Source: Octopus vulgaris (taxonomy: Eukaryota). Taken from it: 64,000 nt of DNA. Location: positions 9,920,001-9,984,000 of the forward strand of contig OX597837.1 of NCBI GenBank assembly GCA_951406725.2, read 5' to 3'. The translations under genes were made by a program, and so were the position numbers. The number at the start of each line of letters is the position of its first letter. Positions within the stretch are counted from its first letter, which is position 1. Below the pieces are notes generated by a model. That model did no database searches, was not told the origin of the DNA, and saw only the letters and a list, made by a program, of their open reading frames with translations. Positions 38,820-53,212 of this stretch are shown here, piece after piece.

Positions 38820-40018
38820 TATTGGTTTCAAATTTTGACACGAGGCCAGCAATTTCGTTGAATGAGGTTAAGTCGATTATATCGATTTCATAGTTCAATC
38901 TATTTTATCGACCCCGAAAGGATAAAAGGTAAAGTCAACCTCGCTAGAATTTGAACTTAGAACTTCGAGCGTACAGACGGATGAAACGCCGCTAAGCATT
39001 TAGTTCGGTGTGGTACTTGCCTTACCTAATATTACTAATTCCTCGAAGCTGCTGAGTTAGCAGGACTGTTAGTATGCCGGACGAAATGCATTTCGTCCGG
39101 TATACGTTCTGAGTTCAAATTCCTTTCTACAATAAGAACAAGGCCTGAAATTTTGGGGAAGGAGCCAGTCAAATAGATCGACCCCCAGTACGCAACTGGT
39201 ACTTAATTTATCGATCCCGAAAGGATGAAAAGCAAAGTCGACCTCGGCGGAATTTCAACTCAGAACGTTATTTTATCGGGGTCGATAAAATAAGTACCAG
39301 TTGAATACTGGGGTCGATGAAATCGATTTGACCCACTCCCATCACGAAATTTCTGGCCTTGTGCCAAAATTTGAAACCAAAATTTCAGAGAATTATAATA
39401 TACATTACTTACAAGAATTCTTAGGAATTCTTAAGAATTTTTTTCTACTCTAGACACAAGGCCCGAAATTTGGAGGGAGGGGCCCAGTCGATTAAATCGA
39501 ACCCAGTACACAACTGCTACTTAAATTATTGACCCCGAAAGGATGAAAGGCAAAGTCGACCTCGACAGATTTTGAACTCAGAACAGACTAAAGACCTATT
39601 TCTTTACTACCCACAAGGGACTAAACACAGAGGGGACAAACAAGGACAGACACACGGATTAAGTCGATTATATCGACCCCAGTATGTAACTGGTACTTAT
39701 TTAATTGACCCCGGAAGGATGAAAGGTAAAGTCGACCTCGGCGGAATTTGAACTCAGAACGTAGCGGCAGATGAAACACCTATTTCTTTACTACCCACAA
39801 GGGGCTAAACACAGAGAGGACAAACAAAGACAGACATAGGTATTAAGTCGATTACATCGACCCCAGTGCGTAACTGGTACTTAATTTATCGACCCCGAAA
39901 GGATGAAAGGAAAAGTCGACCTCGGCGGAATTTGAACTCAGAACGTAACGGCAGACGAAATACCGCTAAGCATTTCACCCGGTGTGCTAACTAACGCTTC
40001 TGCCAGCTCGCCGCCTTA
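38820..40018 (-). mobile_element. Nested SINE family B cluster (old fragments on both strands plus a 3-unit array at ~39440-40018)
   Basis: Repeated GACCCCGAAAGGATGAAAGGCAAAGTCGACCTCG; alternative tail AAATTTCGGGCCTTGTG. Confidence 0.88.
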
Positions 40019-40469
40019 TAAGGCAGATATATATGCGCGTATGTGTGTGTGCATGCATATGTGTGTGTGTGTGTGTGTGTGTTTGTGTATGTCGAATGAG
40101 TTGGCAAACGAACGGAAGTAGCACTCGAAGCATAGAGCTGGAATTGTATTCTTGGAGTAACAGGTTGATACGAATTATCACTACGAGCCACTTAAAGTTT
40201 CGTGACGTGTGTTCACCACGCCCACCAACCTTTTACGGAAGAAGACAAGCTGAGTCAACTTGTTACTCAAAATAGATAAGTGTGTGAGTGTATGTGTATG
40301 TGTGTGTGTGTGTGTGTGTGTGTACACAGGGAGAGAGATTAAAATATACAAATATATGAATATATACACATGCATAGACATGTATTTATATGGATGGATG
40401 TATGACACACACAAACTCAAAGACACATATATGTATGTATGTGTGTGTATATCTATATCATTTATATAT

Positions 40470-40508
<39 letters not shown>

Positions 40509-40517
40509 GAGGGATAA

Positions 40518-40554
<37 letters not shown>

Positions 40555-40794
40555 ATTATTTGAGGGAATATAAATCCAAACTTATTCTACCAATTATATA
40601 CGTTTTGATTTTTTTTTTGCAATTTATTTAATCATTGATATTTTATTGTTATTTTAATTTTAATATTTCTATTATATGTAATTGTCTGGATGGTGTCATT
40701 TAATTGTTCATTTTGAATTGATAAAAGGTATTTTTTCTAATTTTACACACACACACACATATATATATATATACATTTATATACATATATATAT

Positions 40795-40861
<67 letters not shown>

Positions 40862-41116
40862 TAGTTGTGTACATGTATGGATGGATGTATCTATGTGCGT
40901 GCCTATGTGTTTGTGTTAATTCCTTACACACCACTTGATACCCTGTGTTGGTTTGTTTACGTTTCTGTAATACTATGGTTCGGCAAAAGAGTACTGGGTT
41001 TTGAAAAACAACTTAGTACAGGCGTCGATTTGTTCCACTGAAACTCTTCATCGGTCACAGTCGAATGAATGGAACAAGTAAACGATAAAAGCTATATGTG
41101 TGGGGGGGAGGTGAGG

Positions 41117-41305
41117 ACGCCATGATAGATCGTTAGCACCTACACGCATTTTTTTCTCTCCTTGTTTTTTTCTGTGTATCTTTCTGTCGAAGAGCATAGG
41201 CTCGAAACGTGAAAGACCTTTTTCTATTCCTGAGCGCTATACTAATACATTGTTTGTTTGTTCTCCACCTGCCTTCGTCTTTTGTTTATTTTCGTCAACT
41301 TTCCC
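41117..41305 (+). mobile_element. HHR-bearing element family P1
   Basis: TCTTT-CTGTCGA-A-GAGC atag GCTC-GAAACGTG-AAAGA; GUG site, probably inactive. Confidence 0.82.
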
Positions 41306-41512
41306 ATTATATATCACGCGTTCACGTGGTCTCACTTTGATCCTATATTCTACCACTACCAACTCTTACCTTTCCTCGACGGACACTACCTCTCCATTGG
41401 ATTTTTTTGCCTCTAAGGACACCTACCCTCTGGCTGCACCTCTCCTACACGGATCAAAGTGACTTTGTTATTGATTTACAATATAAAGTCCTACATGATT
41501 CAGTCGGTAGAA

Positions 41513-41740
41513 AAGGCGCCGAGCTGGATGAAACGTTAGCACGCCGGGCGAAATGCGTAGCCGTATTTCCTATGACGTTACGTTCCGAGTTCAAATTCCG
41601 CCGAGGTCGACTTTGCCTTTCATCCTTTTGGGGTCAATAAATTAACGACGCACTGGGGTCGATGTAATCGACTTAATCCCTTTGTCTGTTCTTGTTTATC
41701 CCCTCTATGTTTAGCCCCTTGTGGGTAACAAAGAAACAAA
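41513..41740 (+). mobile_element. SINE family B monomer
   Basis: Head, B box GAGTTCAAATTCC and tail TGTGGGTAACAAAGAAA. Confidence 0.88.
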
Positions 41741-42331
41741 TATTTGGTTTGTTTACACTCCTGTGACTTAGCTTTTCGGCAAAAGAAGCCATTAAAATAA
41801 GTATCGGTCGTTAAAATGTAAATACTGTGACCGATTTGTCCGAGTTGCCATGTAAGGGGAGGTTCCAGCGTGGCTGCAGTCCAATGACTGACACAAGTAT
41901 GGAGGAAAAGATAACAAGAACAGATCCGGTTGAATATTATTTGAAGAAGATTATGCTGTCAATTAAAGGATAAGGAGCAACCGAGTAGCTAAGGAAATCA
42001 GATATAACTGGGTCGAGCCTCGACATTACGTTCGCTCGAGAATGCCAACGGAGAAAAAGGACTGTTTGCTCAGAGTGTATGTAACAACATCAACCATATC
42101 AACAACAGCAATAGCAGCAGCAGCAGCAGCAACAACAATAATAACAACAACAACAACAATAATAATGATAACGGTACATTTACAGAGAGAGAGAGAGAAA
42201 GACTATTGTGAAAAGATTTCTAAAAATAAAAATGTCCTGAAGAGATAAGAATTTAAACAAACACTGCAAAATGGTGAATGTGTGTGTGTGAGTGTATATG
42301 TGTAAGAGTGCATATATCAGGATATACATGC

Positions 42332-42363
<32 letters not shown>

Positions 42364-42910
42364 ATAAATGCATACACGCACACACAGATATATATCATTA
42401 TATATATCATATATATATATATATACTGGTGATTGTGGTATTGATGGTAGTGGTGGTAATATGTGTTGCGGTTGTAGTAGAGGTGGTGGTGTGAGGTGGG
42501 GGTGGGGGAGGGCGGGTTGGCCCTGCTGGAACAAGTGCTTCTACTGAAGGTGACGGTGGTGATTGTAAGGACGGAAGTCTTATCGTTCGAGGGACTGAAT
42601 GGGGTTGTGCCGTCGTTGAAGTGGTGTTGATTGAAATGGTGTTGGCGATAGTATGACGGTAGTAGTAGTAGCGATGGTGGTGGTGGTGGTGGTGATAGTG
42701 GTGGTGGTGATAGCAGTGCTGGTCCTGGTACAAGAGGTGTTAGTGTCCAGATGTCACATGTACGATACAAAATAGATGTCTTGTTAAATATATATTTTTT
42801 TTTATCTAAATATGGATTTAGAAGTCGTTGAACATTTCCTGTATGTTAAGTGGGTGAGTTTGTTTGAATGTCTGCATGCCTGTACATGCCTCTGTATCTG
42901 TGTGTGTGCG

Positions 42911-42972
<62 letters not shown>

Positions 42973-43093
42973 TGTACGTGTATCTGTAAATGTGTACGGA
43001 TTTGGCGAGTTCTTAAGTCCGTCTGTTGGTTTTTGTTGGGTCTGTCTTTTTAACTGTCTGTATAAGTTTGTGTACGTTTAGGATAGTCTGTAT

Positions 43094-43138
<45 letters not shown>

Positions 43139-43386
43139 CATATGTGTAAGATTGACGCGTGGTTATGGCTGTCTGAATGAGTCAAGGTGGCGGATAATAG
43201 ATGTGTCTGTGAGTGTGTACGTGCGTTCAAGTTAGCCTCTGTGTGTCTATATATCAGTATACGTGTGTTTGTGTATGTGTATGTGTGTGTGTGTTTGTGT
43301 GTGGTGTATGGTTATGTCCAACTATGTGTGGTGGTAGTGGTGGTGGGATGAGGGTATCTACGTGAGTGTGTGTGTAAGAAAGAGAA

Positions 43387-43727
43387 AGTGAGTGAGTGAG
43401 CGAGTGAGTGCATGAAGTAGATCAATGAGTGATGAGTGAGTGTGTAATGAGTGAGCGAATGAGTGAGTGAGTGTGTAATGAGTGAACGAATGAGTGAGTT
43501 AGTGAGTGAGCGGATGATTGCGTGAGTGAGCGAGAGAGTGAGCGAGTGAGAGAGTGAGTGATTGCATGAATGAGTAGATCAATGAGTGATGAGTGAGTGT
43601 GTAATGAGTGAACGAATGAGTGAGTGAGAGAGAGAGTGAGTGAGTGATTGCATGAATGAGTAGATCAATGAGTGATGAGTGAGTGTGTAATGAGTGAACG
43701 AATGAGTGAGTGAGTGAGTGAGTGAGA
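43387..43727. repeat. (GAGT)n array with higher-order ~90-bp repeat
   Basis: GTAGATCAATGAGTGATGAGTGAGTGTGTAATGAGTGA occurs three times. Confidence 0.9.
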
Positions 43728-44387
43728 GACTATGATTGTCGAGTCATCACTGATCAGGTTCAAGTGCCCAACTCACGTCCTTGTCTCCAAGTCCTTGCCA
43801 TCGAAAACTTTCCTCCGTTGGCCCGAACAGGCGGCAGCCAGAGCGCGTCAGACACGGATTTTACAATGGATAGAGGTCCCGATAACCAGCCCATTTTGCT
43901 GATGGCCAAATGTGTCACCAAAGAAGGGTTTGGAAGCCTGTTGCCATGGTGAATGCTGATCGTTTTTAGATTCCTGTTCTCACTCTTCCTCGCCAAAAGT
44001 TCTCTATGGCAGTAAAGCGTAGAAGAGAACCAAGGAAATGGACAGAAAGCTTGAAGTGTTCCACCAAAGATGCTCGAAAAGGATTCTGAGAACGTAATGG
44101 CAAGACCACATAATTAATGAAGACATTCTGAAGACAGCAGTCACGGGTTCAATTCGCGAAGTGGTCTCCTGTTGGGTGTCTTTAGATATGATTCTGTTCA
44201 TCTACTTTCTATATTGAATCGCCTTCATCCATAAACATTCTGCTGTTTTTCTTTAACTTGCTTTAAGATAAAGATCTTAATTTAACACACACACATGCTC
44301 TCAGACACATACAGTCTCACACACACAGAGACAAAACATACATATACGCAGACCCATACGTGTATATATATATATATATATATATAT

Positions 44388-44590
44388 ATCTGTAAAATAA
44401 TATGTGAAAATTATTCAATAGTCAAGATAAAACTCTGAGTTTCGGATGCCGAGGTGGAAAAAAAATCCGAAACTCAGAGTTTTATCTTGGCTATTGAATA
44501 ATTTTCACATATTATTTTACAGATAAATTCCTCTATTTACATAATATTGAGGTCTCTTTCTTTCTTTTGTTATCTTACCGTTTTTACCAA
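44388..44590 (+). mobile_element. Fold-back Penelope-like end: 60-bp palindrome with half-HHR
   Basis: 44388-44447 is inverted at 44465-44524; each arm carries TCC-GAAA-CTC A GAG-TT; flanked by (TA)n. Confidence 0.7.
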
Positions 44591-45300
44591 TATATATATA
44601 TATATATATATATATAACTCCAAGAAAGTTAGGGGTTGTGAGTCCAACCCACTAAGGGATAGTATCTGTAGGTAGAATACCTAATTATTAATACTCAAGT
44701 GTTTTTTTATTGCATTGCAATAACATTACCTAGTGTACTAAATGGGTGAAGGTAAAGAGATATTTTACCATTAATTTATAGAGCAATAAGAAAATAAAGG
44801 GGATCAATAGGTGGTTCATCAACTTTTAGACGTTATATTTATTTATTTATTTACTAAAATGACAATTACAAGAATATACATACATAAAATATATTAATAT
44901 ATAAAGATACCAGTAATTATTAAAATATAACATACAGGAATATAAATTAACATAAAATCCACTCGACGTTCTTAAAATTATTTAAAAGTAAAATTAAAAA
45001 TAAAAATATGTGTAATAAGTAAGATTTGATCTCGGACATCTAGTTTCATAATAACAAAGGAATAAATTAACGTGTAACAAAATATTAGTTCTGGTAGACC
45101 TTAATAAATACCTTTTAGCATGATTCTCTGGCTCTACCATTAATATGTAAATTAGGTACTTTTACATAAATATAAATTTTTTTAAGGATAATTATCATTC
45201 ATTGTCGATGGCCTTGTGCCAATATTTGAAATCAATATCTTACATTGTCGCTGACGGTTGATCGACCCTGGTATGTAGATGTATTTTTTAACTTAGTGTA

Positions 45301-45383
45301 ACATCCTGATGAGGGGAGTGCCATGATTAATAATATGAAATATGTCACATTCCTTGGTACATCGCTGAAACGGCCGTAGATGT
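45301..45383 (+). ncRNA. Type I hammerhead ribozyme motif with long stem II
   Basis: ACATC-CTGATGA-GGGGAGTGCCA...TGGTACATCGCT-GAAA-CGGCCG-TA-GATGT; 5-bp stem I, palindromic stem III, GUA site. Confidence 0.85.
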
Positions 45384-45540
45384 GATTTTTTTCTTTCGTT
45401 GGTTTTTATGTATTATATATCGTTTATTTATTCCTTGGTTTTTATTTATTATTCATATATCGTTTATTATAAATATATGTCTGTGTGTATGTGTGCATGT
45501 TTGTATTATCGTGTTATTGTATGAATATTTATATCAATAT

Positions 45541-45722
45541 TTTTTTCTCCTCTGTCTTCCCTTCTCTGGATCTTTCTTTCTCCTATGTTTCCGACGAAGA
45601 GCTCCGCTCGAAACGTTAAACCCTCCTGCTTTCCTTCTTTCCTGAGCGTCCAATAATACTATATTTGTTCCACGTCCTCGCGTTGTTGTGTTTTTTTTGT
45701 GCTTTCTTGTTTGGATTAACTT
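45541..45722 (+). mobile_element. HHR-bearing element family P2
   Basis: GTTT-CCGACGA-A-GAGC TCC GCTC-GAAA-CG-TT-AAAC at 45587-45621; homologous to 9031-9207. Confidence 0.82.
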
Positions 45723-45729
45723 TATATTA

Positions 45730-45764
<35 letters not shown>

Positions 45765-45856
45765 TGTATAACCGTGTATTTATGTATATACGATGAATAT
45801 AATCATTACGATAACCACCATTATCATATACAAACGGGCACACTCGCACACACACA

Positions 45857-45888
<32 letters not shown>

Positions 45889-46016
45889 TTCACACACACA
45901 CACACATACATATGTGCGTGCACACATCTCTGTTGGTATACAAACACATATAATTAGATACACAGGATATGAAGTTTTCTATAATAAACATAATTGATAT
46001 ACAGGATGTAAAGTTT

Positions 46017-46075
<59 letters not shown>

Positions 46076-46410
46076 TTTTTTCTCTTTCTTATTTTTTTTT
46101 TTTAATCCTCATCTCTTCCATGTTCCTCGCAGACATCGTAATGTCTGCCGCTACCTGCTGGAATGCTTCGGGAAGTTTTTTCCTTTTTTTTTTTCTTTTT
46201 TCGGTGCCAGCAGCCAAGTGAGATCAGAGTATAACACCTTTGGAGAAACGAGCATCGAGAGAAACAACTTCAACTACAGCAACAGGAACAGCAACAACAA
46301 TAACCTGACCTTTCGTATAATTTCATAGTTTCTGTAATTACTCACACCACCCACAAACTCAATTTGGGTCACATACATGCATACGCATACCTATATATGC
46401 ACATACATAA

Positions 46411-46445
<35 letters not shown>

Positions 46446-46509
46446 CATACACATTTATATACATATATAAATACCCACATCTATAGTTTTACATACATAT
46501 ACGTATATA

Positions 46510-46770
46510 TTCTTTTATTTGTTTCAGTCATTTGATTGCGGCAATGCTGGAGCACCGCAATTAGTCGAGCAAATCGACCCCAAAACTTATTCTTTGTAAG
46601 CCTAGTACTTATTCTATCAGGTCACTTTTGCCGAACCGCTACGTTACGGGGACGTAAACACACCCACATCGGTTGTCATGCGGTGTTGGCCGGGGCACAA
46701 ACACACACACACATAAATATATATGACGAGCTTCTTTCAGTTTCCGTCTACCACTTCCACTCACAAGGCT
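46510..46770 (-). mobile_element. SINE family A, 5'-truncated
   Basis: Homology to other family A copies. Confidence 0.85.
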
Positions 46771-49343
46771 TATATATATATGGATAGACAGACAGACAGA
46801 TTGATAGATAGATTGATAGAAAGGTAGATAGATTGAGCGAGCGAATGGATACGTTCATGCATGTGGAAATGCCGAAGTACACCTATACATACATGTGGAC
46901 GTTATATGTGTTTATATGTACATATATATATATACACATATAAATATGTTTATATATTTGTGTAAACATATAAAAGTATATATATACACACACACATATG
47001 GTGTGTCTGTGTGTATTTTCTAGGGTCTGGGGTATATTCAACCGTGCTCTCATATACCCACTTTTAGAAATTAATGACACAGTCACTTCCCCTCCACACA
47101 AACACACACACACACACAAAGAAACAAATAGACAAACTAACACACACACCGACACAAATATGGCTGCGTGTGTATTTGTGTATGAGAACGAATGTGAGTG
47201 CGTCTGTTTGTACAAATGCATGTTTGTGTATGGCTGTGACCCCACCCACCCACCCCTTCTGCTTCCACCCCGTCAACTCTTTTTTATTTTCGGTCTTACG
47301 TAAGATGATTTTTATCTCGCAGGATTTCATGTGTATATATATATAAAATATATATATATATATATCTGTGTTTAGATGTCTGTGTTTAGATGTATGCATG
47401 TATCACACCTCCCACTCTGCATAAATATATATGTGTGAATGTGAGTGTATGCAAACACATATATACATATATATATGTATATATATAAATACACATATAC
47501 ACACGTACATGCATTTATGCATACACACAGATATATAGATATATATGTATATCTAAGTATGTATATATATATATGTATGTATATATATATATATGTATGT
47601 ATATATATATGTATGTATATATATATATATATGTATGTATATATATATGTATGTATGTATATATATATGTATATATATATGTATGTATATATATATGTAT
47701 ATATATATGTATGTATATATATATGTATATATGTATGTATGTATATATATATGTATATATATATATGATATATATATGTATGTATATATATATGTATATA
47801 TATATGTATGTATATATATGTATATATATATATGTATATATATATGTATATATATATGTATGTATGTATATATATATATATGTATATATATATGTATGTA
47901 TATATATATGTATGTATATATATATATGTATGTATATATATAATGTATGTGTATATATATATATATATTTTTTTTTTGTTTATATATATATATGTATATA
48001 TATACACACACACACACACATACAGAGAGAGAGAAAGAGGAGGGATGGCGAGGATAAGGAGAAGCTCCCTTCGCATCTCTGCCCCAGTTTTTTTTTTTCT
48101 CTCTCTGATTCTTGTTTTTAAAATTCTTATAAATACAACCGCCTCCGCGCCCCCACCACCGCCACCAATCCCCCTTCTCCGGTGCTGCTGCCACTACAAT
48201 TACCATCGCCTCCACCACAATTACCAACGCCACCACCACCACTACCGTCGCCGCCTCCGCCGCCGCCATGACCACCACCAAGAATAGTAAAATCAGGAAG
48301 CTCCCCTCCCCCACTCTATTTAGTCTGCCGCCCTACAAAGAAGCACCACCACCACCGTCGTTGCTATTATACCATCGTTACCGTTCCTACCACGACCACC
48401 ACTGGTAGAAATACTATTATTATCATCCTCACCTATCTGCACCTCCACCAGAAGCGCTGCCACCGCGACCACCACCACCAGCTCCCTTATAGTCATCTAC
48501 CCCACCCTAAGACAAACTCCGCTCCATCCCACCTCCACAAACACCACCACCACCACCCACAACTTACCAGTTTAAGCACACATTATATAACATAAATCGA
48601 GATAAAACGCCAAAAAATAAGGGCGTGTTTGTCACGGTTGGAAAGCATTTGATCATAGATTTGCTCCTTCGTGGTTCTCTTGGGGTTAAACAATAACAAC
48701 TAAACCCTAATCCTCTTTTCCTTCCTTTTCTTCTTCTTCTTCTTCTTCTTCTTCTTCTCCTTTTTCTTCTTCTTCTTCTCCTTCTTTTTCTTCTTCTTCT
48801 ACTCCATCTCCTTATCCAGCTTAAATTCTTCTTCTTCTTCCATTCTCCTTCTTTTTCTACTCCTTTTTTTTCTTCTTCGCCTTCTACTCCTTCTTCTTCA
48901 CCTTCTGCTTCTTCTTTTCCTTCTTCTTCCATTCTCCATCTTCTTCTTCTTTTCCTTCTTCACCTTCAGGTCGATCCTCTTCTTTTTTTTCTTCTTCCAC
49001 CTCTACTTCCTCTTCTTCATCATGGAGACCATCATCGTCGTCATCACTATCATCATCATCGTCGCCATCATTTCCACCGCCACTACCACTACCACCGTCA
49101 TCGTCATCATCATCATCATTGCTTAATGCAATCGTAATCCTTTTGCCACCTTGCTTTAAAAAAAAACACCATCACCACCACCACCATCATTATCATCATC
49201 ATCATCATCATCATCCCCATCATCTTCACCACCACCATCAAAACCATCATCAGCATGAGCTTTACCACCGCCGCCCCACCACCACCTCTTGTACTTCTCT
49301 ACGAGTAAAACTGCTGACGCTCGTAAATTTTAATACGATTCCA

Positions 49344-49390
<47 letters not shown>

Positions 49391-49521
49391 GCCTGTCTTT
49401 CTCTCTTTCTCCCCTCTCTCATTCTGTCTATTTTACATAACAACTGCTGAGCAACAGCGTTGTCAGATATTTCATGACTAAAGCTAAAGAGAAAGCTTCT
49501 ATAATCTATCTATCTATCTAC

Positions 49522-49938
49522 CTATTATTTTATTGCCCACAAGGGGCTAAACACAGAGGAGACAAACAAGGACAGACAAACCGATTAAGTCGATTACATC
49601 GAGCCCAGTGCGTAGCTGGTACTTAATTCATCGACCCCGAAAGGATGAAAGGCAAAGTAGACCTCGGCGGAATTTGAACTCAGAACGTAACGGCAGACGA
49701 AATACCCATTTCTTTACTACCCACAAGGAGCTAAATACAGAGGAGACAAACAAGGACATACAAATGGATTAAGTCGATTATACCGACCCCAGCGCGTAAC
49801 TGGTACTTAATTTATCGACCCCGAAAGGATGAAAGGCAAAGTCGACCTCGGCGGAATTTGAACTCAGAACGTAACGGCAGACGAAATACAGCTACGCATT
49901 TCTCCCGGCGTGCTAACGTTTCTGCCAGCTCGCCGCCT
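49522..49938 (-). mobile_element. SINE family B, two-unit array
   Basis: Two 184-bp units plus head, inserted in (CTAT)n. Confidence 0.9.
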
Positions 49939-49977
49939 CCAATCTGTCTATCTATCTACCTACCAATCAACCTACCA

Positions 49978-50059
<82 letters not shown>

Positions 50060-51024
50060 ATGTTCGTCTATCTAATAAAAGCGAAAACCAATTTGGGTCT
50101 CAGTGTCACACTGTGCACCCCCACCACTATTCAATGACACTTCTGCTATTGCTCATGTTGGGGTGAGAGTAATAGTAGACATAAAGACGGTGAGGGCGGT
50201 GGCGAAGACAATCAGCCAGAGAGAGAGAAAAGAAAAAAGATAGAGAGAAAGAGAGACAAAGAAATTTAGGGAGAGTTGATGTTTTATTAAAAGTAAGTGT
50301 CGATGGTTGCAGTAGGAGTTATAATAAGAGAGAGAGAGAGAGGGGGGGAGGTATGTAAGAGAAATGGAGACTGAACACTGAACGAACATACTGAACGCCT
50401 TTTTGTGATGGTAATTGGACGATAGTAATAGTATGAGTTGTAGTTATGACAGAGGTGGAGACGGCGGTGATAATAATGGTGGTGGTGGTGGCGGCGGAGG
50501 CGGTCGTGGTGGTGGTGGGGAGTTGAAGCCGAGGCGGTCAGGAATGACGGTGAGAGTAAGCGATGTGAAAGACAGTGGTGAAGGTGGTGGAGGGAAAGGC
50601 GGCGAAGTCAAAGGTATTGATGGTGGTGGCATCAAAAGTCTGAATGCTGTGTGCATGGCAGATGTGTTGGCGATTGTGCTCGTGCTGTTGTTTATCATGC
50701 AGCTTTGCAATAAGTTCCAAGGCGAAAAATTATATCATTGTATTTTGATGAAAATTGTTCATTGCTTGAAAAATATTGTTCAAGTTTGATGAAATTTTAT
50801 ATGTACTGAACTTTCATACATACACACATACATACATATATATATTCATACATACACACATTCATACATACATACATACATATATATATTCATACATACA
50901 CACATTCATACATACATTACATACATACATATATACATACATACATTCATACATACATATATACGTACATACATTCATACATACGTACATACATTCATAC
51001 GTACATACATTCGCTCATAAACAT

Positions 51025-51106
51025 ACACATCGCCCGGTCTGAGATTCGAAGCCGCGATCCCTCGACCGCGAGTCCGCTGCTCTAACCACTAGGCCATGTG
51101 CTTCCA
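51025..51106 (-). mobile_element. SINE family C tRNA-like head only
   Basis: GTGGAAGCACATGGCCTAGTGGTTAGAGCAGCGGACTCGCGGTCGAGGGATCGCGGCTTCGAATCTCAGACCGGGCG. Confidence 0.85.
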
Positions 51107-51656
51107 CACATACATATATACATACATACATGCATACATACATGCATGCATACATACAGACATACATACATACATACATACATACATACATACATACATA
51201 CAGACATACATACATACATACATACATACATTACTCAGTATTTGCGCATGCGGCTAAGTCTCTTGGGTTTAGGTCAAAAATATTTGTCAAAGGAAAGGGC
51301 ATTTACCGATGTAGTTCTTCGACGGGGTTGTCGTGGGAGAAAGCAGACGTATTGAAGTCCGACAAGCTTTTTGTTGCCACGAATAAAGAAACATCGCACT
51401 TCACACACACACACACACAACACACGACTCTCAGATTTACCAGACCTAAAACTAAAAACAAGTCGTTTTGTTTTGCTGCCTTTGTGCAGAAAGATGAACC
51501 GAGTTACTAGAAACAAAAGCACCTCGGTGCCTTGAAAAGGTCTCAGCAGATTGGGAGGAAACTCTATTAGTTTTATAAACATTTTGGGTGGGAGTTATAT
51601 AATAACGGGTTTTTAAATGCCAGACTTTGTTGTCGTCTGACTCGAGACTTTGTACA

Positions 51657-51713
<57 letters not shown>

Positions 51714-51723
51714 CTGTGTGTGC

Positions 51724-51756
<33 letters not shown>

Positions 51757-51807
51757 ATTTATTGTTTTCTTTTTAAAGCCAAAGCAATACGATTTATAAG
51801 AAATAGT

Positions 51808-52204
51808 GGATCGGTTTGAACGGCAGTTTTTAACATAATTTCCACGTAACTAAACAGTTTTAAACTTCGTATACTGGTAGAATGTGTTTATAAAACATCT
51901 TTTTCTCTTGGCTTTATTGAGAAAATTCTATAGTTTGTAAGATATTTGTTTTTTTTCTGCAATTTCAACCAATCAATGACCATCTATTGAGGTGAAAACA
52001 TTCTGTGCCGTATGAATATGTCCCTCGTTTAAGAAATAGATTGGGTTTATTTACATTTCTGAAGAAAAAAAAGATACCCTTCCCCCCTAACTGACCCTAA
52101 CCCTAAAACATTAAATGCAATAGATCGATACTAGGGTCATAATTATGGGTGACAATTTCATATGACACCGCTAGAAAAAACTGCCGTTCAAACCGAAAAG
52201 ATCC
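51808..52204. mobile_element. MITE with ~24-bp TIRs, possibly Merlin superfamily
   Basis: GGATCGGTTTGAACGGCAGTTTTT ... AAAAACTGCCGTTCAAACCGAAAAGATCC; flanks GAAATAGT / GAAATATT (8-bp TSD, one mismatch). Confidence 0.72.
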
Positions 52205-52844
52205 GAAATATTCGTTTCAAATTTTGGCACAAGGCCAGCATTTTCGCGGGTGGGGTGAGCCGATTACATTGGTCCCCAGCTTTTAGCAGGTGCTCATTTT
52301 ATTGACCCCAAGAAGATGAAAGGCATAGTTGTTCCTGGCAGCATTTGAACTCAGGGTGTAAAGTCAGGAGAAACGCAGCTAAGGATTATGTTTTTCCCGC
52401 GAGCTAACGATTCTGCCACCTCGCCACCTTCATGATAATGATAATAATGATAATAATAATGAGAATAATGATCCAATTTGTTCTCATTGGAGTTTATCTC
52501 GCTGGGGCTAGATAGCAGAGTCCCATGACGGATATTAAACAAGGTCGTGTTAAATCCGCCACACAGAATATGCTAAGTAGAGGAAGTGATGTCCCACCAT
52601 GCTTTAGCAGGAGAATGTACCCGGGTTTTCATGGTTTACTAGGGAGACTGTGGTCGCAGAAGTAGGACATAAACACTCGTTTGTAGGTGAAGCATGTACA
52701 TGCAGAAAATAAGAATATGCTAAAAGAAACGGAAGTGAAGCACCGCAAAATTGTAATCAAAAACCTAAATACAGTATTAGCGTATCCGGCAAGATTTTGG
52801 TTAAGTTGAAATTTCCGAAGACTTCTCTGTGTGCGTATGTGCGC

Positions 52845-52890
<46 letters not shown>

Positions 52891-52998
52891 GCGTATGTGT
52901 GCGTGCGTATGTGTGCGTGTTGATATATATATATATATACACACACACATAATACCAATATTTGTGTGTGTGTGTATGTATGTATGTATATATATATT

Positions 52999-53212
52999 TA
53001 AGGTGGCGAGCTGGCAGAAACGTTTGCACGCCGGCCGAAATCCTTAGCAGTGTTTCGTCTGTCTTTACGTTCTGAGTTCAAACTCCGCCGAGGTCGACTT
53101 TGCCTTTCATCCTTTCGGGGTCGATAAATTAAGTACTAGTTATGCACTGGAGTCGATCTAATCGACTGGCCCCCTCCCCCCAAATTTCGGGCCTTGTGCC
53201 AAGAGTAGAAAA
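52999..53212 (+). mobile_element. SINE family B monomer, alternative 3' tail
   Basis: B head and body followed by CCCCCAAATTTCGGGCCTTGTGCC..AGTAGAAA; the same tail occurs at 1-50. Confidence 0.88.

Noticed and set aside
43730-44280. GC-balanced unique region with short ORFs on both strands
   Set aside because: No recognisable domain or convincing exon boundaries; possibly an old transposon fragment.
51025-51106. Possible tRNA gene
   Set aside because: It matches the SINE family C head and continues into SINE body sequence; there is no proper acceptor stem or terminator.
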